A DNA stretch of 64,000 bases from Octopus vulgaris (taxonomy: Eukaryota). Every line of letters starts with the position of its first letter. Position 1 is the stretch's first letter. Under the pieces are notes generated by a model. It did no database searches. It was not told the origin of the DNA and was given only the letters and a program-made list of their open reading frames with translations. Positions 26,220 to 39,950 of the stretch are shown here, piece by piece. The translations under genes were made by a program, and so were the position numbers. Location of the stretch: the NCBI GenBank assembly GCA_951406725.2, contig OX597839.1, positions 23,994,001 to 24,058,000 on the forward strand, written 5' to 3'.

Positions 26220-26381
26220 CTACATCAAAATCTCATTATCACTAATTTTGTTTTGGTGCCACAAAAGGAAGTAAGAAGGGTCCAAGCAGGAATGCTGGAT
26301 AGACAAGGAAGTCTCATAGCAGACATCTCTCCCGTCAGTTTGAGTGAAGACCAATGGAAAATGGCACAAATGGTTAGAAAT
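26220..26381 (-). CDS. Candidate alternative terminal exon of Atrophin
   Basis: Strong poly-pyrimidine tract plus catgcAG. Phase 0, open for 53 aa (ISNHLCHFPLVFTQ...EILM*). A diverged duplicate lies at about 24765-24881. Confidence 0.4.
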   Translation of the reverse strand: MSNHLCHFPLVFTQTDGRDVCYETSLSIQHSCLDPSYFLLWHQNKISDNEILM

Positions 26382-26777
26382 CTGCATGAAAGGGAGAAAA
26401 AAATGAGCAAAAAAAACCAACAACAAAAAAACCAACACCCAACAAAAAAAAAACCAAATGAAGTAACTACATTACAGACCCATCACCCTGCTATAGGAAA
26501 AAATTATAGGAATATTATGGTCCTGATTGATACCTTGCTATAGACAAAATTATAAGAAAGTTATGACCCCACTACCCTACTATAGGCAATTATAGGAAAA
26601 TTAAAGCCCCATCATCCTGCAACAGGGACACCCTCAAAATGCCTAGAATAGTCAATCCTTAACATTACTGACACTCACCATCTCTCTGAATCAAGACCCT
26701 AATTTCAGACTGTCACACTTAACACTTTAATCATAAACCTAAAACAGAAAATACTTATTAACCACAAAACACATCTC

Positions 26778-26826
<49 letters not shown>

Positions 26827-27959
26827 TACATACATACATACACCACTGTAACTACCATCAACCAACCAGTGAAGCTTTCATACAAAAAATACTCAATCCT
26901 TGCATAAGAAGCAATACGAAACACCAGGTGACAGGACCCCAAGTCCAGGATGTAAACAGAAACAACACTGGGAAAAAAAGCTGGGGTTTCCTGAACAGCA
27001 CCATAAATAGTTTGTGGTTTCCTGCCCCTCCACAAACCCTACACTTCTGTACAGAAGACATGACACACATCTTCCCACCATTCTCTAGACACTGCAGCAC
27101 AACTAGCACCCACTAACCCCCACTTAAATCACCCAACAACGGATCTAAACTGGCCATATATCCGGCTAAAATACTCTCCCTGTTTTATGTTCAAAGTTGG
27201 CCAGGTCTGGCCTCTTACACCTACCCCACAATGCCATTCTAAAACTAAATTACGTCACAGAAATCTCGAAGCTACAAGATGATGCATGATTAATTTGAAA
27301 CTGTGCAATTAAATAAATAAGCATTGACATTTAACAGAGCAAGCTGAATGCTACAGGTTAACCCTTTAGCATTTAAACAGGCCCAAATACTCGAAAGAAG
27401 CCAGATCCAACCTCTCACACCTATCCTGCAATGTTATCCTAAAAATAAACAATCACATCTTCGAAATTTCAAAGCTGAGATGAGACAGGATGAATTTAAA
27501 AATCTGTGAATGAATAAGTACTACATTTGATGGAGCAATCTGAGTGCTAAATGGTTAAAGCAATTCCTACCAGATCCACCGAACCCTTTTCTATACCAGC
27601 AACACCAAACAACATCAAATACAACCAACCACCACTAACATACCCGAAGCCACACAACCTTTCCACTTACAACGTTCACAAACATCACACGACAGGAAAC
27701 AAGAAGGGACACGAAAACACTTGCGGAAACTACATTTGACCAAGAGAAAGAAGCAGCAGCAACAACAGTGTACAAAGAATGTTAGATCCATCCTGGACCA
27801 CCACTACTGGCAGCCATGTCTGGGCTTTCAGTTTCACCGAAACAACAGCAAAACACTACTCAGGTTGCACAGAGACAAACAGACACAGGTAACGGGTACG
27901 CATACAAACACACACACACACACACACAATATGAAGATATATACACACATCTCCTTTGC

Positions 27960-28335
27960 TCTTCTATTTGTTTCAGTCATTTGACTGCGGCCATGCTGGA
28001 GCACTGCCTTTTAGTTGAACAAATCGACCCCAAGACTTATTCTTTGTAAGCCTAGTAGTTATTCTATCAGTCTCTTTTGCCAAACCACTATGTTATGGGG
28101 ACGTAAAGACACCAACGTCGGTTGCCAAGCGATGGGGGGGGGGGGACAAACACAGACACACATATATATATACACACACACAACAGGCTTCTTTCAGTTT
28201 CCATCTACCAAATCCACTCACAAGGCTTTGGTTGGCCCTAGAAAACACTTGCCCAAGGTGCCATGCAGTGGGACTGAACCCGGGACCATGGGGTTGGGAA
28301 GGAAGCTTCTTACCACACAGCCATGTCTGTGCCTA
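27960..28335 (-). mobile_element. SINE family A copy
   Basis: Matches family A. Confidence 0.8.
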
Positions 28336-28482
28336 TGATCTACCCATATATTTGTATTAATATTTAGCAGAAGTAACAGAGTGACTAAGTTACGACAGTT
28401 TTGTGCGTTACCAGTTATCACTGTTATTCCTGGTAAAGTGCCAACACACAAAACTCCAAGTCTCCTGTTGGCATCAACATAC

Positions 28483-28483
<1 letters not shown>

Positions 28484-28574
<91 letters not shown>

Positions 28575-28577
28575 TAC

Positions 28578-28628
<51 letters not shown>
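28484..28628. repeat. Compound microsatellite (CT)n(AT)n(AC)n
   Basis: Directly visible; one of many dinucleotide tracts in the window. Confidence 0.95.
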
Positions 28629-28629
28629 G

Positions 28630-28903
28630 AGGAGGCGCAATGGCCCAGTGGTTAGGGCAGTGGACTCGCAATCGTAGGATCGCAGTTTCGATTCCCAGAC
28701 CGGGTGCTGTGAGTGTTTATTGAGCGAAAACATCTAAAAGTTCCACGACGCTCCGGCAGGGGTTGGTGGCGATCCCTGCTGTACTCTTTCTCCTGTTGGC
28801 TTGCTCACTTAGCCAGCGAGGTGGCGTCATTCGGCTAAAACAATGCGAACGCATTGTGACCAGTGATGTGTAACAACATCTGATGGTCTGGTCAGTCACA
28901 TGA
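28630..28903 (+). mobile_element. tRNA-derived SINE family B
   Basis: GGAGGCGCAATGGCCCAGTGGTTAGGGCAG...GTTTCGATTCCC carries Pol III A and B boxes. Confidence 0.8.
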
Positions 28904-30176
28904 TATATATATACACACACACATATATATATATACATATATATATACACATATATATATATCGTTGATATAATGTTAAACTGTCGTATGTCCAAATTTG
29001 GCCTAATGCGTTTTTTTCAATATTCATTTTTGCTTGCAACAGCCGGTTCTTTTGGTCGGACTATCGTACCTCCAGCTGCCAAGATATCAAAAATTGTGAA
29101 AGTGTAGTACTTTGTCTGATAGCCGATCACCTCCAGGGATCTAAGAATAGGCAAAGAGTAACAATGTACTGCTGTTGAGTTGCAACCTCTGAAATCCCTT
29201 ACAGAAGGACCAGAGGGGGTAGTGGAGTCATTAGCCAATACATTACATCAAAAACACACACTTGCATACATATATAAATATATATATATATACACACACC
29301 TACCTATATCCACATACACACATGTATGTCCATACCTACCTATACACACACACAACAGCTTCCTTGCATTTTTGATCTACCAAACTCTCCCGACATGGCA
29401 CAGGCCCATCCCCAGACTATGGTAGCAAAGCACTTACCTATGGTGAAACTGAACCTAGAACCTATGGCTGTGAAGTAAAAGCCATCACAACACAGCAATG
29501 CTCGTACCTAATACATACATTGAATTGTATATGAGAGAAGGATACATTAAACGAATCTAAACCAACCCCCTGGGTTGGACACTGCATTCGTACAACGAAG
29601 TGTTTCCTTCCAGTAGAAATATTTTCTTTAAAAGAAAACAAAAAGTGTTACTAGAACATAGTTCTGTATCCTTCATCATCATTTAACTTTCATTTCACAT
29701 GTCGGCATGGGTTAGATGCCTTGATAGGAACTGACAAGACTAAGGGCCACACCAGAGCTTTCATAGCCTCTTTTCATATCGTTTCTACAGCTGGGTGCCC
29801 TTCCTAATGCTAACCATTTTACAAAATATATTGGGTGCTTTTTATGTGGCACCGTCATCTGTGCCATTGCACGTGGCACTGACACCAATGCTTTTTATGT
29901 GGCACTTTGGTTTCAGATTATAAAAACTTCAAGAATTCACCAGTTGCTTTCTGAGGACAACAAAAAAATAGTGGGGTTGGCATAATTGACTATATAGGCC
30001 TAAAGGTGGTGCTCCAGCATGGCAATAGTCTACTGACTAAAACCAATAAAATTAAACTAAGAAAGCAAATGTATCTAATCCCCCCTGGTTGCTGTTTGCC
30101 TAATCAACATTTTGTGGGTGTCATGTGGTTGGTCAGTTGGTTGGTTGGTTGGTTGGTTGGTTAGGGGTCAACTTAC

Positions 30177-30355
30177 CTGATGTGCCAAGGCAGGGTCACT
30201 GTAGGCCCTCAAAACATCAGGGTGAAAATATTCCCGATCCCGGTTAGCCAATATTGGATGGGAAGGATATGAGTGGGGTAATGCAGGCAAATGATGACCA
30301 CCGGGGTTCGTTGCCCCAGCAGCTCCTGGAGTCACTCCTGACATGGGATCAGCTC
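30177..30355 (-). CDS. RERE: Atrophin/RERE penultimate coding exon
   Basis: Long poly-pyrimidine tract plus AG, donor GTaagt. Phase 1 in, phase 0 out. Encodes GADPMSGVTPG...HPILANRDREYFHPDVLRAYSDPALAHQ. Confidence 0.88.
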
Positions 30356-33067
30356 CTAAAAAAAAAAAAGAGAAAAAAAAGAAGAAAAAAAGAAAAAATA
30401 CATCTTTAGAAAAACAAAATGTTCCAACCAGAAGAAAAACATAAAAAACAGACAAACAAAGAAAATAGTTGAAAATTAACGAATTATCTTCGTTAATATC
30501 ATAGTGTAGAGAGTCTTTGAGGCTTTAACACTGCCAAGAGTTTTGGTTCATACAGGGTTTAGTCTCATCATAAATTCTGGCGCAAATCAAGCAACTTTCT
30601 TAATGCTGGCATTTCATGGTTGATGGCTAACTTCATTTTGGTTGAGAGCAGGGGTATTTGACTGCTATTTCTAACTGAACAGTTTGATCAACGCACAGAG
30701 GCCCTACCATAGTTATTGTTCAGGGTCAGGACTTAGATAAAGGTGTTTAGAGACCAGGAGACAGATGGGGGGGGGGAGACGAGGAGGAAGCAGAGGGTAT
30801 ATTTTATCTCCTGTTTTGACCCAGAAGTGTAAACGACTCTTTATATTAGCTCTGGTGTTGTCTGGTTAATTAGTTTCCAGCCATGACCCCCCTAGTGTAG
30901 CTAAAACTCTACTATCCTGTACATTTTTATCAAGACTACAGAACATGATTTGAGGGAGAACTGGTTGCTATTTCTAACAGGTTGAGTGAGTGTATTAAAA
31001 TACTAAAGCTTCCTCATTGAAGCTTTAAAATGGTAGCAGTAAAACAATGGACACATTAACCCTCTCCAGGTACTGACCACCTCCAACAACCAAACTGTGG
31101 CTCACAGAACTTTTGAAATGGCATACCAATGAAAAATGGTCTCAAATTCATTTAGAAGCAGACCCAACTGGTGATAAACCAGGTCTCATGCAGGCCACTT
31201 CTTGATAAAGGTTGCCCATGCCTGATCTCCAGTATAACAATGGAGATACAGACCATCTAGAGTAGGGGCCTAAACCATTTTTCACTTATGGAACCGTGGC
31301 ACTTTATGTAGGTGTCTTCTGCTATAGCCCCGAGCCGACTGAAGCTTTGTGATTGAATTCGGTAGGCGGAAGTTACTGCCGTGTGTGTAGGTGCTTGTGC
31401 CTCTCCGAAAGAGAGAGAGGGGACCCCCTTACTACCTTATTCTGCTGGACTCCAGAGCCATTTGAGGTTTAAAGACTAGTTTTATAGAAATCTCTTTCAA
31501 GAATTCCTGTTTTGTTCATCAAGCATTAACTCGTGTAAAATGTTAGAGAAAGAAACCCAGCTGTTTCTTGCAGTACAGACCAATAAATACATCTAAAGGA
31601 AACTTGTTTCAGGGACCCTTAAAATACTATTGTGGACCCCCAGTTTACCATTTTTTTGCATGGATCCCCGCTGAAATCTTATATGGATCCTGATTGAGAA
31701 GCACTGATGTAGAGCAAAAGGACAAATGTAGAGTTGAGTAACGCCATACAGAATGGTTCACCAATAAAGGACATATCAGTGTTACAGATGGTTCTTCACT
31801 GAAGAAGAAAATGGCATTATGTGCCGTTATTAAGAATTTTCATTGTTTTCCAATCTTAGGCCAGTGGAACTGTTAGCATGCTGGGGACAATGTTTGGCAG
31901 CATTTTGTTTGTCTTTGTATTCTGAGTTCAAATTCTGCTGAGGTCGGTTTTGCTTTCAGTGTTTAGGATTTGATGAAATAAGTAACAGTTGAGTACTGGG
32001 GGGTCAATGTAATCGACCCCACCCATCACCAATCGCTGGCTTTGTACCAAAATTTGAAACCAATATTCCTCAATCTTTAGTCACAGGTGAATTCAGATAC
32101 TGTATCTTCGGGCATACAAATCAAATTTTTCAGATCAGTATTTATGGCCAAAAGGTAAAAAAAAAAGAAGAAAAAACAACTAGGTCAACTTATACACCGA
32201 GATGCCCTTGGAGGACACAAAAATTCCAAGTTGAATTCAGCAGGATTTGAAAAGATAATAATGATGTTTGAATGTTTACACTACATCACCATCATCATTG
32301 AACCCTTTCGTTACTGTATTTCTTTTGAGATGCTCTGTGTAATTTAAAAAATAACAGAGAATATAGTAAAATAACTTGAAGCTAGTGTTAGGAGCATAAA
32401 TTGTGACTAAGGTTTTGGTGGAAGGTTTTAATTCAGAACTTTTGGAAACAAGACATTTGTACTACAGAGCCAGAGGCAGTTTCAGCCAGGTTGGTACTGA
32501 AAGGGTTAACAACCGTTTTCCATAGTTGGATGGGTTGGGTTGACAGGAGCTGGCAAAGTTAAGGGCAATACTGGGTTCCAACGGTCTGTTTTAGCCTGGT
32601 TTCTGCAGCTGGGTGTCCTTTTTAATGCCAACCATTCCACAGAGTGTACTGGGTGCTTTTTACATGGCCCCTTCACAACATTGACTTGTATAGCAGAAAA
32701 TACTGCTATTGCTGTTGAAACTTGTGTTAGGAAGAAGACAAGAAGACAGACCCATCATCAAAGACAATCAAATAGTGACCATTCCTCCTTTTTTCTTTCT
32801 AGTCAGGATGTATTGAGGACTATATCATCTGAATTTGAGTGGGTGTGGTTTTAAGGGAGATTTGCCTGCTATCTCTAGCAATTCAGTCACATAGAAACTC
32901 TCTCATTAGTGTATTCCTTCAACAGTTAAGTCCTAAACCAGATCCGACTGATCAAATTTATAAACAGAGCCATTCCAACCATGGCTTCTACCCTTATCAA
33001 TCAGTTTCCTACACACCCACAGGGTTGCCATGCACAATAAATACTCACAGCTTGTTAACAAGAATTT

Positions 33068-33153
33068 CTATTGCTTCCAGCTGGGCTCTAGCCAGAGATG
33101 AGGGGTTAGAGTGGGAGAAGGGGGTGAGCAGGGGTGGGGTCGACATGTCTGAC
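33068..33153 (-). CDS. Candidate alternative terminal exon (phase 1)
   Basis: U-rich tract then atAG|GT CAG ACA TGT...; would add GQTCRPHPCSPPSPTLTPHLWLEPSWKQ* after the 43673 donor. Confidence 0.25.
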
Positions 33154-33651
33154 CTATCTTAGCAAATGCACATAGAAAAATAAAACAAAAAAAACTGAGG
33201 ATTTTAAATAATAAAAAAAATCCATGAAAATAATTTGTTTTGAAATAGCAGAATGGATAATGGTGACGGTGAGCAACAGAGAAAGAAAAAAAAAAGTATC
33301 TGATTGATAAAAAAAAAAAAAAAAAAAAAAAAGGATAAGAAAAAAAAATACCCATAAAGAATTAGAAATTGCCAGCTAAATGGATTGATTTGTTTCAGTA
33401 AAAACAGCTGAAGGAGAAGAAATGAAATTAGGTTTATCAAAGCCTGGTTTGGGTTCGTCAATTTTGGAGTCTTATTAGTTTTGGTAAAAGAATACAAGAA
33501 AAGGCAGATGAAATTTGGTCAAAATATTCCAGTGCTTACCAACTAAGACAAGTTTACACACCATCAGTAGGCTCTCTGATAGCATCGGAAGGGTAAGGAA
33601 TAATAAGAAAATATCAAGCTGATTCCATAATTCATATCGGAAATATATATA

Positions 33652-33697
<46 letters not shown>

Positions 33698-35219
33698 CAT
33701 ACACACACTGGCCACTAAATGGTGTTAGGAACATCGTAAATACTCCAGTTGATGAAAAACCTCACGCCACAAACAAAAATAATATTGAGTAACCGAATTT
33801 TTAATATCAAAGTCCAAAGTCCAGCTTAGATGTTTTGTAACTATTAATTAGGCTGATTAATTAAGTCGAGAAGTTTGGAATGAGAACCGGATTAAAAGTA
33901 AATTGAAAAAATATATATATTTTTTTTGCATATCTACCAATACCTTACAAGCTGTGAAGACAAATGCACTTCTATTGTATCAATGTGTATGTTTATATAC
34001 TGGCAATATTCCTATATAATACATACACACATTTAAGGTTGAGAGAGAGAAGACAGTGAATCTGTAATAAATATCACCCAAAATTGCTGGACATCAAGCA
34101 TTTGGTTAGTAAAAATATACTAATTTAAACAAACTGGCTATGTCTTTAGAATGAGATATTTATATATATACATATAGACACACATACCAACACTTCCATG
34201 TGTCACGTTTGGACAATTGTGAAGATCACTTCACGTGAAACCATTGGTTGCTTTGTCAACCCACAAATATACACATTTATGTGCGTGTGTGTATATATAT
34301 ATATATATGTAATATATAATGATCATTTTAACAAAAAAGCAAAAGAAAAAGTAAAAAAAAAAGGAAAAAAACAAGGTAAAACAGCATAAATAATTTAGTT
34401 GACATAATAACATTAATTTCAAGAGAAACAGGATTAAAAAAAAAAACTGGTTATATTCCGATGTGGACATTTATTAGATCAAATGGCAACCGATCCATGA
34501 AAATAGTCTAATAATAATAATAATTACTTTAAATAATTTCTGAGCCAGTGCTGGCATTATGTAAGAGAGGAAGTCGAGGGGGAAACAACAGTATGATAAC
34601 TGAAATAGTATATTAGTAAGGGGTAGGGTGGGAAAGGATGTGAAATGGGGATTTATAGGGGAAGCATGTTGACCATTTTGGTAAGTCACTCACAATTTGT
34701 TTTTTTTTTTTAAATGGTGCCACCAATTTTTTCTTACTGTCTTTTTTTTCTTTTTTTAAAATTAATTACTTCAATACATTTATTGATTGATTTATTAATG
34801 AATCGTTACAGTAACACTTAATGAGTGTTTAACGTGCAGGAGCCGAAAAAGGAACTGAGGCAGACAGAGAATTTTGGTTTGTTGCCTATTTTACTAAATA
34901 ATAAAAATAATGATAATAATAATAATAATAATAATAATAAAAGTAATAATGTGTCTCGTCTCAGTAAAAACAAAGTTGAAACAATCTTTGAACTGACCTT
35001 CAAACTGAAATGAGGTACTGAAACTAGATGGAAAAGGTTTATGAATAGTGGCAACTGATGGGAAGAAAAGCAAACTAGGAGACATGATTGAAGAAATTAG
35101 AGAGAGAGAGAGAGAGAGAAAGAGGGAGGGTAGTTTAAGCGGAGTTTGTGTGTGTGTGTGTAAGCCATATATACATAAAAATAGATTGACATTGAATGTC
35201 AGCTCCAACTGATGAGGCA

Positions 35220-35592
35220 CTCGGGCAGTTATGGTGATGAGAGTTCCAATTGGTCCGATCAACGGAACAGCCTGCTCGTGAAATCAACATGCAAGTGGCT
35301 GAGCACTCCACAGACACGTGTACCCTTAACGTAGTTCTCGGGGGAGATTCAGCATGTCACAGTGTGTGACGAGGCTGGCCCTTTGAAATACAGGTACAAC
35401 AGAAACAGGAAGAAAGAGAGAGAGAGAGAGAGAGAGAAGACAGCAGGGATCACCACCAACCCCTGCCGGAGCCTCATGGAGCTTTTAGGTGTTTTTGCTC
35501 AATAAACACTCATAACGCCTGGTCTGGGAATTGAAACCACAATGCCGCGACCGCGAGTCTACTGCCCTAGCCACTGGGCCACTGCGCCTCCA
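35220..35592 (-). mobile_element. tRNA-derived SINE family B copy
   Basis: Reverse complement of the 54193-54578 type. Confidence 0.75.
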
Positions 35593-35659
35593 CTCACCTA
35601 CAATAAAATGGTACAAAAAAAAAAATTGCTATGTTTGGAAAATTATCTTTTATTTTGTA

Positions 35660-36020
35660 CTAGTTTCATTTGTACTAGATTGTGGACAAGCTGGGGCAAT
35701 GCCTTGAAGAATTTTTAGTTGGATGAAGTGATCCCAGTACTTTTTATTTAAAGCTAGGTACTTGTTTTGTTTGTCTCTCTTGCCAAACTGCTAACTTACT
35801 GGACATAAACACACCAACATTGGTTGTCAAGTGGTCAAGGGGGACAAACAGACACAAGCACACAAACAATGGACTTTCAGTCTCTACCTACCAAATCCAC
35901 TCACAAGGATCTATTTATCCCAAGGCTATAGTGAAAGACACTTGCCCAAGGTGCCATGCAGCAGGATTGAAACCAGGACCATGTGGTTGAGAAGCAAATT
36001 TCTAACCACATAGCCACACC
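35660..36020 (-). mobile_element. SINE family A copy (diverged)
   Basis: Matches family A. Confidence 0.7.
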
Positions 36021-36999
36021 ATCATAATAAGAAAATGTGAAATCATTTTGTTTTTGGTGGGGGAGAGGACTGGTGAAACTTGAAGCAGGTACAGCTATAA
36101 ATAATAGTGTGTAAATACTGGGTTGAAGGCTTATGTTTTAATTAAAAAGAAACAAAAGGGAAACAAATGTAAGTCTCACAGGTTTTGAGACACAGGGTGT
36201 CTGTGTAGCCAAAAAGACCAAACTGAAAGATGATCTCTGATTGGCTATTACACTTCAAAACCAACCATTCACAACATTTGTTCCAACAGCCTGATGGATT
36301 GGCCTCAAAGTCCGTTCAGCTTGTATCACTTTGGGCTGACCAATCAGGCTGGGTGTCTCAAGAAGGTTAACACATAACATTGAAATATAAGAGACCTATC
36401 ATGGAAATATTATCTGAGAATTGGTATGGGGTGGATGGCTGGGAGATCTAATAAGTCGAAGCTTGCGGAAAGAAGATAGTCTAGAGAATAGTTTAGAGTC
36501 TAAAATAACATCTATGCTATATATATATATATGTATAAATAAAGATGGACAGATATGAGTCTGTTTTCAGGTTTCCGACTATATGTATGTAAATATGTGT
36601 GTGTGTGTGTGTGTCTCCTTGTCTTGATATTTCATGCAAGTTGTAAATGAGTGTCACTGTTATACAAGCAGTGTCATTCATTGCCAATATTCTGCAAAAA
36701 CATGTCTGGCCATGGGGAAATATTACCTAGCTAGGAGAGAGGTGAAGGAAGTATATAGGAAGGGTTACTCAACCATAGAAAATCTGCCCCAATAAACACC
36801 GTCCTAGCCATGCAGGAATGGAAAAGTGGACGTTAAAATGATGATTATGTTTTTGCGACACATTTCTAATTATTAATATCTTTGGGGCAAAGAGCTAAAT
36901 TAGAATAACTGAATGAGGGTGAATATAAGTTAATGGGTTTTATTAAGTTCAGAACAAAGTATCAAGCAACTAACCGACATGATATGTGTGTGTGTGTGT

Positions 37000-37535
37000 C
37001 TACAACACTGCTTGGTACAACCTTCAAATGTATACCTGCAGGACATGGATGGTTTACGAATGCCATGCCGGAAAGCTAAACTGCTTCTACATGAACCGCC
37101 TGAGAAAGGTGTTGAAAACCACCTGGCAAGACAACATCCCGGACATGGAGGTTCTCTCTCAAGCATTTACACTCTGGTGGGGAGAGCACAAGTCAGGTGG
37201 GCCGGCCACCTTGTTCGAGTGCCTGACACACGACCTCCCAACTGTTTTACAGCCAACTGGCAGAATGTAAACGCACGCAAAGTGGACAGAAAAAGTGCTT
37301 CAAGGATTCACAGAAGGCCTCGTTGGAGAGCTTTGAAATTAACCCTGACCCCTGGAAAACACAAGCACAAGAGCTCCCTGCCTGAAGAAGATGCACCAGC
37401 AGGGGTTCCACCTCTTACAAACAAGACAGGATTGCAGGAACACAAAGAAACTGGCAAACTACGTAAGTCCAGGGATAACTTCTTGCCCTCAGTCTCCCAA
37501 CAGACTAAATGGCCATGGCTGGATACACCATACCT
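37000..37535 (+). mobile_element. Decayed RTE-like LINE fragment
   Basis: LRKVLKTTWQDNIPDMEVL, RAQVRWAGHLVRVPDTR and GQKKCFKD motifs across shifted frames. Confidence 0.7.
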
Positions 37536-38879
37536 TATCTTCTCCCACCTGACGTCCTTGGTTGTCGTCGACAACAGTGAACAAACTACCGTAATGAGTC
37601 GATATGCATCAATAATTTACAAGAGAGAGAGAGAGAGAGAGAGACTGGTTTAATATTTGAGTTTTGTTCCTCGAACATTAATCACCACAAATTGATTAAA
37701 CGTAAACGAAATATAGAAAATATCAACCAGAACAAGGAAGTACCAAAAATAATAATAATAATAATAGTAATAATATGTAAAAAAAAAATAATTCTTTTTT
37801 TAAGAAAAACAATATACAGACCAGTACAAAATATTAGACAATACAAAAAGTGACATCCTAGCTCTACATAATAGCGATGACGATGATGACAGACAACGAC
37901 AATGGCAACAATAGTAATAATAATAATAATAATGATAATAATATCCAGCCACAGAAAGAAGAGCAGCACTAAAAAAACAAATAGAAAAAAAAAAGATAAA
38001 CAAAAACAGCAACAGAAGATTTCAAGCAAAGTATATCCTATTTTAACTACTTTCAACATTGTGTAACCATGGAAACAAAACTGGTAAAACTAACTATAAT
38101 AATATATATAAACACGTAAGAACCAATAAAAAAAATTTTTTTTTTTTAAACTTCATCTGACAAAGAAAAAAAAAATTAAAAAATATAATTGGCGAAATGA
38201 CAAAGAAATAATAAAGTACAAATAAATACCAATGACGGCATCAAATATTCCTAATTTTGGAGAGAATTTTCAGACAAAAATAATCAGGTACCGGTGAATA
38301 TGTTCAAATAGTGAAATCAATAAATAAAGAGAAAACATAATGGCATCTTTCGGACTCGAGGAAATCATTTTGAATAAAAGGTGAGTGGAGGTTTTCGTTT
38401 TTATTTTTCTTGGCATCAATTAATAAAGAACATAAACAGAAATCTAAAGAAAAGCAAGAAGTTCTTCTCTGGTTCTTCTCAGTCTCAAACTTGGGGTTAT
38501 TATTTTTGCCTCAGTCTCCACACTTTGATTTCTCAGAAACCCCGTCACTGTCATTTAAAGAGTTGGTCAGTCTTCCACATTCACACAACAGCAACCTGTC
38601 ACCAACACAGATCAGTCACCAAACACACTAAAACACAACTACAACCGAATCGGGTCATCACGCTGGAAAAATTCTTAGACGCATTTCTTGAAGCCATTTA
38701 TACTCCCTGAGTTCAAATTCAGTTGAAGTCGACTCTGCCTTTCATCCTCTCAGGGTTGATAAAACAGGCATCAGTTGAGCAACTGGCAATGTAACTAACA
38801 AGCTTTAATGAGCTCCCACCCAACAAGAACTTCAGGTCACCTGATGGCCCTAGTAAAAGATGACCTTGGAAATGGAAGT

Positions 38880-39122
38880 TATTTCAGTACAAAGACCTAG
38901 AAATAGAAGTGACCAGGATGTGGGGATTGAAAAGCAGCACAGCACCAGTGGTGACTGGATCGTTAGGGCTAATTAAAAAGGGCCTTGATAAGCAGCTCAA
39001 CAAACTCCCTTGCAGTGTTAACGTGGGAGAACTTCAGAAAATAGTGTTGCTAGGTTATGCACACATTTTACGCCGTGTACTCTCTATGAGATGAGGACCT
39101 GCTGTGACCTTAGGGTCAAAGG
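38880..39122 (+). mobile_element. R4/Dong-like (restriction-like endonuclease) LINE 3' fragment
   Basis: YKDLEIEVTRMW...PVVTGSLG...LQKIVLLGYAHILRRVL. Confidence 0.75.
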
Positions 39123-39918
39123 CAATGGCTTAGCAGAATCATTTGCACACTGGGCAAAATACTTTCCTACATTTCTTCTGGTTTTATGCTCAAAGTTCAA
39201 ATTCACCATTTGTCCTTTTGAAGTCAATAAATTCAGTACTATTTGAGCGCTGGCATTGATATAATTAACTTTCCCATGTTCCTAAAATCTCAGACCTTGT
39301 GCTTGCAGCAGAAAGGATTATTATTATTATCATCATTATATGGGCCCAAGGTCATCTTTGCCTTTCAACCCATTCGGTGGGGGTGTCAATCTAATCATTA
39401 CTCCTCCGACCCAATGTGCTGGCCTTGCATCAAAATTTGAAATCAAATCATTCTTCTGATGGTCCAAAGGTCAACTTTGCTTCTCCTAATTTCGAGGTTG
39501 ATAGATTAAGTACTATTTCAGCCCTGGGGTTGATGTAATTGACCAGCTCACTCTTCCAAAATTTCAGGCCTTGTGCCTTCAACAGAAAGGATCACTACTA
39601 CTATTATTATTATTATTATTATTATTATTATGAAGGGCTGTGGGTTGTAAGAATCACTGCCAAAATACCCCTTTATGAATTCAAAATGCTGCCAAGATCA
39701 AGTTTGCCTTTCCTCTTTTTTGGGGCTTGATGAAATAAAGTACCAATTAAGTGCTGGCTCAAAAGCATCGACTAACCCCTCCCCTTAAAACTACTGGCCA
39801 TGTGGCCTAAAAATGCCTTGCAAATTTCTTCCATTTCAGTAGATTTTAACAAAGCAAACGTAACTTTTCATCCCTTTGGGATTCATAAAATAAAATACAA
39901 GGAAAATACTCTGTCCCA

Positions 39919-39950
<32 letters not shown>

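Noticed and set aside
28630-28705. tRNA-like sequence with A and B boxes
   Set aside because: It continues directly into a SINE body present in several copies, so it is a SINE head rather than a tRNA gene.
35205-35250. CTGATGA (also at 55437, and CTGAAGA at 781, 3811 and 13480) as further hammerhead cores
   Set aside because: None has a correctly spaced GAAA box with supporting stems.
36979-37653. Longest ORF in the window (224 aa)
   Set aside because: It is a chimeric read through a frameshifted RTE LINE fragment between microsatellites.
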